From an uncultured Poribacteria bacterium (lineage in GTDB: Bacteria; Poribacteria; WGA-4E; WGA-3G): 64,000 nt of DNA. The DNA lies in contig OX638351.1 in assembly GCA_951813565.1 (NCBI GenBank), forward strand, positions 4,288,001-4,352,000, in the 5' to 3' direction. The notes under the pieces were generated by a model, which was not told the origin of the DNA, ran no database searches, and saw only the letters and a program-made list of their open reading frames with translations. Numbering within the stretch: position 1 is the stretch's first letter; every line of letters begins with the position of its first letter. The translations under genes and the position numbers were made by a program. This document shows, piece by piece, positions 58,145-64,000 of this stretch.

Positions 58145-59548
58145 TTAATCTATGATTAATGGTAACTGGCGAGGTATACCTTCATTGGTAATACGATACT
58201 TTCCATCAAAACAGGCTGTGCAAAAATTTTCTGGTTTATTCACTGCCTTGAGCATTCCGTCAATACTAACGTACCCTAAGCTATCGGCTCGAATATATTT
58301 GCGGATATCCTCAATAGAATGTTTACTTGCAATTAGTTCTGCACGCGTAGGCGTATCAACACCATAGAAACATGGGAACTTATTGGGCGGTGACGCAATA
58401 CGCACATGTACTGCAGTTGCCCCACCTTGCCGAACAATTTTGACGAGTTTCCTGCTATTTGTGCCGCGCATGATTGAATCATCAACCATAACAACCCGTT
58501 TACCTTTGAGGACTTCGCGAATCGGATTCAACTTCACCTTCACCATGAGTTCTCGAATATCTTGTGTAGGATTCATAAAGGATCTTCCCACGTAGGTGTT
58601 TCTTGACAGTCCGAGGTCGAAAGGAATACCAGATTCTTGTGCGTAACCGAGCGCAGCAATTGTTGCAGAATCTGGAACAGGAATTACGACATCCGCTTTG
58701 ACAGGATGTTCACGTGCAAGCTGCTTACCGAAGGCACGCCTTGTGCTGTTCACACCCTGTCCAAACATCATGCCATCAGGACGAGCGAGGTAGATATATT
58801 CAAAGATACATTGGGATAATTTGGGTTGTTTTGGGGAGAAACGGAAAGATTCCACACCGAGATGTTTTGAACGCATAGTAACCAATTCACCCGGATCAAC
58901 CTCACGAATCGGTTCTGCTTCTATAACATCAAGGGCACATGTCTCAGAAGTTAATATATAAGCATCTCCGAGCTTGCCGATCCACAGCGGACGAAATCCG
59001 TGTGGGTCACGCGCGCCCATTAACGTTGTCTTATCCAGAACAATGAACGAATACGCACCTTCGACTGCACGAAACGCATCAAAAATTCTATCTTCCAAAC
59101 TGTCTTGGCGGGAATGTGCTATCAGGTGGCAGACAACTTCGGTATCCAGACTTGTGCTAAAAATTGAACCGAGGTTCTCAAGATGATTTCGGATGTGAGA
59201 TGCATTGATTAAGTTCCCATTGTGACCAAGTGCAAGCTGACCCTGCTTATAATTACGCACCAAAGGTTGAGCATTTTCAAGTGTGCTTTCTCCCGCCGTT
59301 GAATATCGGTTATGCCCAATTGCAATGTGGCCTTTAAGTTTTGCTAAAACATCGGTATTAAACACAGAATCAACAAGCCCCATCCCATGGTGACTCGATA
59401 ATCTCTCACCATCTGACGAGACAATCCCGCTGCTCTCTTGTCCACGATGTTGAAGTGCGCGTAACCCCAAGTAGGTTAATTCTACCGCTCTTGGGTGTCC
59501 AAAAACACCGAATACGCCGCATTCGTCTTTGGGTTTATCATACTGCAT
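58145..59548 (-). CDS. purF: Amidophosphoribosyltransferase
   Basis: Propeptide then CGVFG; QHRGQ, HNRYST, VDDSIMRG and CTACF motifs. Confidence 0.98.
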   Translation of the reverse strand: MQYDKPKDECGVFGVFGHPRAVELTYLGLRALQHRGQESSGIVSSDGERLSSHHGMGLVDSVFNTDVLAKLKGHIAIGHNRYSTAGESTLENAQPLVRNYKQGQLALGHNGNLINASHIRNHLENLGSIFSTSLDTEVVCHLIAHSRQDSLEDRIFDAFRAVEGAYSFIVLDKTTLMGARDPHGFRPLWIGKLGDAYILTSETCALDVIEAEPIREVDPGELVTMRSKHLGVESFRFSPKQPKLSQCIFEYIYLARPDGMMFGQGVNSTRRAFGKQLAREHPVKADVVIPVPDSATIAALGYAQESGIPFDLGLSRNTYVGRSFMNPTQDIRELMVKVKLNPIREVLKGKRVVMVDDSIMRGTNSRKLVKIVRQGGATAVHVRIASPPNKFPCFYGVDTPTRAELIASKHSIEDIRKYIRADSLGYVSIDGMLKAVNKPENFCTACFDGKYRITNEGIPRQLPLIID

Positions 59549-59672
59549 TCGTCAGTGATACCTCCGGCACGCGAACGATTCGCGTAATTCATGGTGCTAT
59601 ACATTGATAGAGATGTAACCTTCGTGGTTACTAATCAATTGAACACCATCAGAAACGGTTATTTATCATGAA

Positions 59673-60218
59673 TTAAGTTTCTTGGACGTTGACTTCTGCA
59701 TCATCTATATTTGATAATTGATACCCCAAAATTGCCCCAATCGGTATTGCCACAACATATAAAATTTCGACCGGAATCCGTAGCATTATCCAAGCTCGAA
59801 TGGGTAACGACAAAAGGAATGCAATTGTTTGAAACACTGGAATAATTATGTTGAGAACTACATTCTGTGTTCCAAAAATTTCCCATGGAACATTCCGCAG
59901 TGCAAGCAGCCCAACAATTGCAGGTGCACCCAAGAAAGCCCCTGAACACACCGGTTTGAAAGGAATATCAATTCCGAATTTCCGTCCAGCAAATCGAATT
60001 CCTTCAGTTACCCCCACTATGATTGCACCGTAAGTACATCCTATTGATAGTAACAAAAACAGCCCTACCCAAAATCCATGCGTAATTCCGTCACCAATAA
60101 GCATCTGCCAAAAAAATTTTTTAAATAATAGATAAATTAAGCAGCCAGCGACCGTTATCACACCTCCGATAGCGATTTGGCTTAGCGTTAGTAGGATACT
60201 ATTTTTTTTTGACATCAC
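59673..60218 (-). CDS. Hypothetical membrane protein
   Basis: AAGGAG RBS; several hydrophobic helices. Confidence 0.75.
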   Translation of the reverse strand: MMSKKNSILLTLSQIAIGGVITVAGCLIYLLFKKFFWQMLIGDGITHGFWVGLFLLLSIGCTYGAIIVGVTEGIRFAGRKFGIDIPFKPVCSGAFLGAPAIVGLLALRNVPWEIFGTQNVVLNIIIPVFQTIAFLLSLPIRAWIMLRIPVEILYVVAIPIGAILGYQLSNIDDAEVNVQET

Positions 60219-60396
60219 ATCTCCTTATCTATATGATTCATCTATTTGTAAGTATATCATGGTGTCATAGATTTGTCAAGATATTTGGAGATATTACCAT
60301 TTAAATTTTGTTCTCAACTTTCAGTAAAAAATTCATATTTTTGAAGAAAAATGAGCCAATTTACTACAAATACTTATGGGAGTGATGGTAGTTTGT

Positions 60397-60508
60397 AGGA
60401 AACCAAATACTTACAAGTCATAGGTACCCACTACCTAAAGGTAGGGGCTTGTGCTTCCTTGCGACTGCGGTTTTCTCAGAGAGTTGACCGTCTTATTGTC
60501 GCTCCACT
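60397..60508 (-). ncRNA. Predicted TnpB omegaRNA (3' part plus guide), copy 3
   Basis: Same scaffold as copies 1 and 2, with a compensatory change in an inner hairpin. Confidence 0.65.
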
Positions 60509-61780
60509 TTAGGCAGCCAAGCCTGCCCGTTTGATATTGATAGCAGCGTTGGTGTCTCGGTCGTGGTGTGAACCACATTCGGGACATGTCCACTGCCTAT
60601 CAGAAAGAGAGAGTTCTTTGTTATGGTATCCACAATCACTACAAGGTTTTGTTGTTGCTATCCATTGCGAGATTCGCACAAGTTTTTTGCCGTGCTTCGC
60701 ACACTTCTGTTCCAATATCTGAAGAAACTGGTAGAAAGAATGGTCAGAAACTTTACGTCCCCATAATCGTTTCATACCGTCAAGGTTCAGCGTTTCCAAA
60801 ATGAGTGTGTCAAACTCTACACAAAGTTTTGAGGCAAGTTTCCATTGCCAATCTTCTCTTTGTCGGGCAACTTTTCTGTGTTGCCTTGCTAAAGCACGGC
60901 ACGCACGATAATAGTTGTTAGAACCTTTGACTTTACGACTGAGTGCTTTGTTGAGAGATCGCAACGTGTTGAGTGATTGTTTGAAAAACTGCGGGGATTC
61001 TATTGTGTCCCCTTCGTCGCTTGTGAGGAATGTTTTGTTTCCGTAATCAAATCCTGCGCTCTTACCTGTCTTGGGTTTGGGTTCGGGATCGTCAACATTC
61101 TCGCACGAAAAGCATATCCAATAGTCACCGCACCTGTCACGTTTGATGGTGATCGTCTTGATGACACCTTTGATTTCACGGTGTTTGTGAAACGAAAACC
61201 ATGTATCTATACAGTTGATTTTGATACGATTATCTTCAAGTTTGTAGCCCGCTTGTGTGAAGGTCATGGAGTTGTATTTGTGTCTCGGTTTGATTTTCGG
61301 TCTACCCACTTTACGCGTTGTTTTACCTGATTTGCGGCTTGCTATATTTTGGAAAAATGCGTCTTGTGATTTACCATAACGTAGGACAACGTCTTGCACA
61401 ACTTGACTCGGCAAGGCTGCCCAATGCGGTTTAGTTGTCTTTTTAAGTTTTGTGACGTGTGCCTTCAGACGATACGCAGACAAATTTTTGCCGAACATGC
61501 GATAATACCTACGTGCCAAACGCATGATATGCACATGGATTTCCCACATATCATCAAGCATATTACCAAGTTTGATTGTGTTAGATTGGTGTTGAAGTTT
61601 GAACTTGTGAGATTTTCTCATTGTCCACTTTGACCTTCAATATAGTCTTTTATCACTTCAAGAGCTACAATATAGTATGATATATTATACCACATTGTGA
61701 TTAGATTGAAAGTATATTTTAAATCAAAACTTTCGCCGTCTACATCCCCTACCTAAAGGCAGGGGGTTTGACGGGGAGTG
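60417..61780 (-). mobile_element. IS200/IS605-family tnpB-only derivative, copy 3
   Basis: Same tnpA deletion as copy 2; preceded by TTAG on the minus strand. Confidence 0.93.
60509..61621 (-). CDS. tnpB: RNA-guided endonuclease TnpB
   Basis: Intact D-E-D RuvC triad and zinc finger. Confidence 0.96.
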   Translation of the reverse strand: MRKSHKFKLQHQSNTIKLGNMLDDMWEIHVHIMRLARRYYRMFGKNLSAYRLKAHVTKLKKTTKPHWAALPSQVVQDVVLRYGKSQDAFFQNIASRKSGKTTRKVGRPKIKPRHKYNSMTFTQAGYKLEDNRIKINCIDTWFSFHKHREIKGVIKTITIKRDRCGDYWICFSCENVDDPEPKPKTGKSAGFDYGNKTFLTSDEGDTIESPQFFKQSLNTLRSLNKALSRKVKGSNNYYRACRALARQHRKVARQREDWQWKLASKLCVEFDTLILETLNLDGMKRLWGRKVSDHSFYQFLQILEQKCAKHGKKLVRISQWIATTKPCSDCGYHNKELSLSDRQWTCPECGSHHDRDTNAAINIKRAGLAA

Positions 61781-61939
61781 CTAATGCTGCATTAATTACA
61801 TTTGGTCTGGAGTACTTAACTTTCAAATTCGTCTTGCATTCTTACGAATTTAATGATAGTATAATAATCATGTCAACGTCTGGATATGATTAGCGTTACA
61901 CTTAGAAATATATTTGATTTGACAACAGGAGAACTAAAA

Positions 61940-62743
61940 ATGTTGCAAAAAATAAAAGAACTCATAGCACAATTTTTATGTGTAATTCTCGTAGTAACGC
62001 TTGCAGGATGTTATATTGATGCAGACGTTGACAACGACTATATTGACCTTGAACCACCTGCTGTCCCGCGAGGTGTTAGAACTATCACAGGGGATGAGTA
62101 TGTCCGTATTGAGTGGTACCCGAATGCAGAATTTGACGTGGAAGGTTACACTGTATGGCGTAGTGAAGATAACAAAGATTTTGAGTCAATATCTGATCTA
62201 CCTGTTGGAAGTACAGACTATGTTGATAGAGATGTTCGCAACGGAAGAACATACTACTATGCCGTTACCGCTTACGATTCAAACGGAAATGAAAGCGAAC
62301 TCAGTCCCGAAAACGCTTGGGACACACCACGACCAGAAGGCAGGAATATTACATTAGATGATTACCAGCTTGCGCCTGATCGCAGCGGTTTTGATTTCTC
62401 ACATCCGCATAAAGGAACTATCGCGTGGGATAATAGAACGGCAGATGTCTATTTTGGGTTAGATACGGTGGTAAATATTACCTATCTCTATTCAGACAAC
62501 GAAACCGCGATGCAAGATTTGGGGTATCACGAAAACTTTGATGATGTTGATGTTGTTCCAGAATTCGGTTATACAACGTTGTTTGTTGAACTCATTGAAG
62601 GGCATATCTACGCCATTTATACCGCTGATGGGAACTTCGCTAAAATACATGTGCGCAAACTATTTGATGATGCTGTAGTCTTTGACTGGGCATACCAAAC
62701 TGATCCAGAGAATATACAATTAGCACCCGCATTACCCCATTAA
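61940..62743 (+). CDS. Lipoprotein with a fibronectin type III domain
   Basis: AGGAG RBS, LAGC lipobox, YYYAVTAYD.NGNESELS. Confidence 0.85.
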   Translation: MLQKIKELIAQFLCVILVVTLAGCYIDADVDNDYIDLEPPAVPRGVRTITGDEYVRIEWYPNAEFDVEGYTVWRSEDNKDFESISDLPVGSTDYVDRDVRNGRTYYYAVTAYDSNGNESELSPENAWDTPRPEGRNITLDDYQLAPDRSGFDFSHPHKGTIAWDNRTADVYFGLDTVVNITYLYSDNETAMQDLGYHENFDDVDVVPEFGYTTLFVELIEGHIYAIYTADGNFAKIHVRKLFDDAVVFDWAYQTDPENIQLAPALPH

Positions 62744-62809
62744 GAAGAACGTTCCGCTCTATTTCTGGTCTTAGAATTGCGGTTAAGTCTATAGAGTAAA
62801 CACCCAATG

Positions 62810-62833
62810 GTAGGCGCGCTTTGTAAGCGCGCC
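62810..62833 (+). repeat. GTAG-type REP
   Basis: GTAGGCGCGCTTTGTAAGCGCGCC; relatives at 7869 and, split, at 20626/20908. Confidence 0.75.
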
Positions 62834-62912
62834 GATCAAAGCGTCCCGTTAATTGTGAGATCTATATTTGATAACCGGGTGATGCAAGTGTGCAAAACCG
62901 AAAGGAGGACTT

Positions 62913-63521
62913 GTGAAAAAATATCTTATTCTTTTATTATTTGCTTTTTTCACCATAATTTACACCCAAACGGTGGCGTTATCAGCTGATCAATACCCTC
63001 CCAATGAAAAACAGATTTCAAAACCGCAGGTATCACGCTCAACACAAGATGCCCAAGCTGAAACGATTTACCCGTTATTCCGTACCCATGGCACCCAATA
63101 CTACCCGGTACGGAGTCCACGCAAAGCATTGTTATTGTCGGCATCTATGCCCGGTTTAGGGCAGGCTTACGCTGACAATTATCTCAAAGCTACACTGTTT
63201 CTGGCATCAGAGATAGGCGTTTTTTCTTTAGCAAGTTATAATATTGCGCGGGCATTACATTATAGAAACCATGACACATTTGGAACAGGATTCTATGATG
63301 AAAGGACGAGTAATTTTTTAACCAAAGACCAAGTCAAGTCAAGAATGGCAGATCATAGTATCCGCGGCTCACTTTTCCTAATTGCAGGCATTGGTTTGCA
63401 CGTCTGGAATATCTTGGATGCTTCCAAAACAGCTGAACATTATAATAATCGAAGAATTTCTGTCCAAATGCAACAAACTAAACATGGGGCACACGCGCTT
63501 ATTTTTACCCATCAGTTTTAA
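62913..63521 (+). CDS. Exported or membrane hypothetical protein (DUF5683-like)
   Basis: Signal peptide; SPRKALLLSASMPGLGQAY and WNILDA motifs. Confidence 0.7.
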   Translation: MKKYLILLLFAFFTIIYTQTVALSADQYPPNEKQISKPQVSRSTQDAQAETIYPLFRTHGTQYYPVRSPRKALLLSASMPGLGQAYADNYLKATLFLASEIGVFSLASYNIARALHYRNHDTFGTGFYDERTSNFLTKDQVKSRMADHSIRGSLFLIAGIGLHVWNILDASKTAEHYNNRRISVQMQQTKHGAHALIFTHQF

Positions 63522-63654
63522 CGCCTTCATTGTCAAGAATTGATAGGTATGGGTGAAAAGATCTCGGCTTGCCCTACATGCTGTCAAGGCACTTCACAAT
63601 TGAATATTGTTTTTTTGATATAGAAATAGTTGATATATCTCTGGAGTTATTAAT

Positions 63655-64000
63655 GTGAATTATGCGAAGTGCTTATCATTAATCATATTATTTATAATCG
63701 GAATTGGTTTGCCGTTATCAGATATTGTTTCGGAAGAACCAATATCTAAGAATACCTCCCAAAAAAATCAGACAAATGGAGAAATTTTCCTCGTAGATGT
63801 TGAAGACGTTTCTGAACATCCACTGAGAGTTGGTGAAAAATTGACTTATAGCGTGAAGATTGGTTGGGCGCCATTGGGAAAACGGGTTGATTATATTGTC
63901 CGAAAAACACCTTTTAATGGGCAAAATGTATACCAGATCCGATCTGAGGCTAAAACTGGCGCACTTGCAAGGATTTACCGCTTTCAGAATCTTCAGTTTT
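63655..64000 (+). CDS. Secreted DUF3108-like protein, running off the window end
   Basis: GGAG RBS and GTG start; open frame with signal peptide and GEKLTYSVKIG; absent from the ORF track because there is no stop codon in the window. Confidence 0.65.
   Translation, partial: MNYAKCLSLIILFIIGIGLPLSDIVSEEPISKNTSQKNQTNGEIFLVDVEDVSEHPLRVGEKLTYSVKIGWAPLGKRVDYIVRKTPFNGQNVYQIRSEAKTGALARIYRFQNLQF

Noticed and set aside
60246..60255. 10-nt match to the copy-3 TnpB guide, suggesting a regulatory target
   Set aside because: The match is short and AT-rich, is not preceded by TTAR, and the nuclease triad is intact.
1..64000. tRNA, rRNA, tRNA-Sec, prophage or integron
   Set aside because: No such structures were recognised by eye. 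DUF5131 is the only phage-associated gene and no integrase is present.

Overview
Bacterial chromosomal window of moderate-to-low GC. The gene style (signal-peptide WD40/TolB propellers, PhyH dioxygenase, sulfatase-like and Gfo/Idh/MocA enzymes, tandem TonB-dependent receptors) suggests Candidatus Poribacteria; this is an inference. Housekeeping genes: argH, pyrF, yebC-ruvCAB-queA-yajC, maf, purF, purM. Accessory blocks: four MacB-like permeases plus an adaptor, interrupted by a TcmP/DUF5131 pair; four TonB-dependent receptors; three copies of one IS200/IS605 tnpB element. Main observations: (1) The ORF caller split one exported, tandem two-domain peroxiredoxin (8720-9736) at two in-frame UGA codons. 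Both sit at the catalytic Cys position and each is followed by a SECIS-like hairpin. (2) A family of 34-35 bp 'CAAATCAAC + hairpin' micro-elements inserts at C^G steps inside REP palindromes and inside its own loop. This gives nested arrays, with empty and filled alleles both present in the window. (3) Intergenic regions are multi-level nests of MITEs and GTAG-type REPs. (4) The only tnpA is frameshifted before its catalytic Tyr, while all three TnpB nucleases and their omegaRNA scaffolds look intact. All calls come from reading the sequence by eye; no database search was run.
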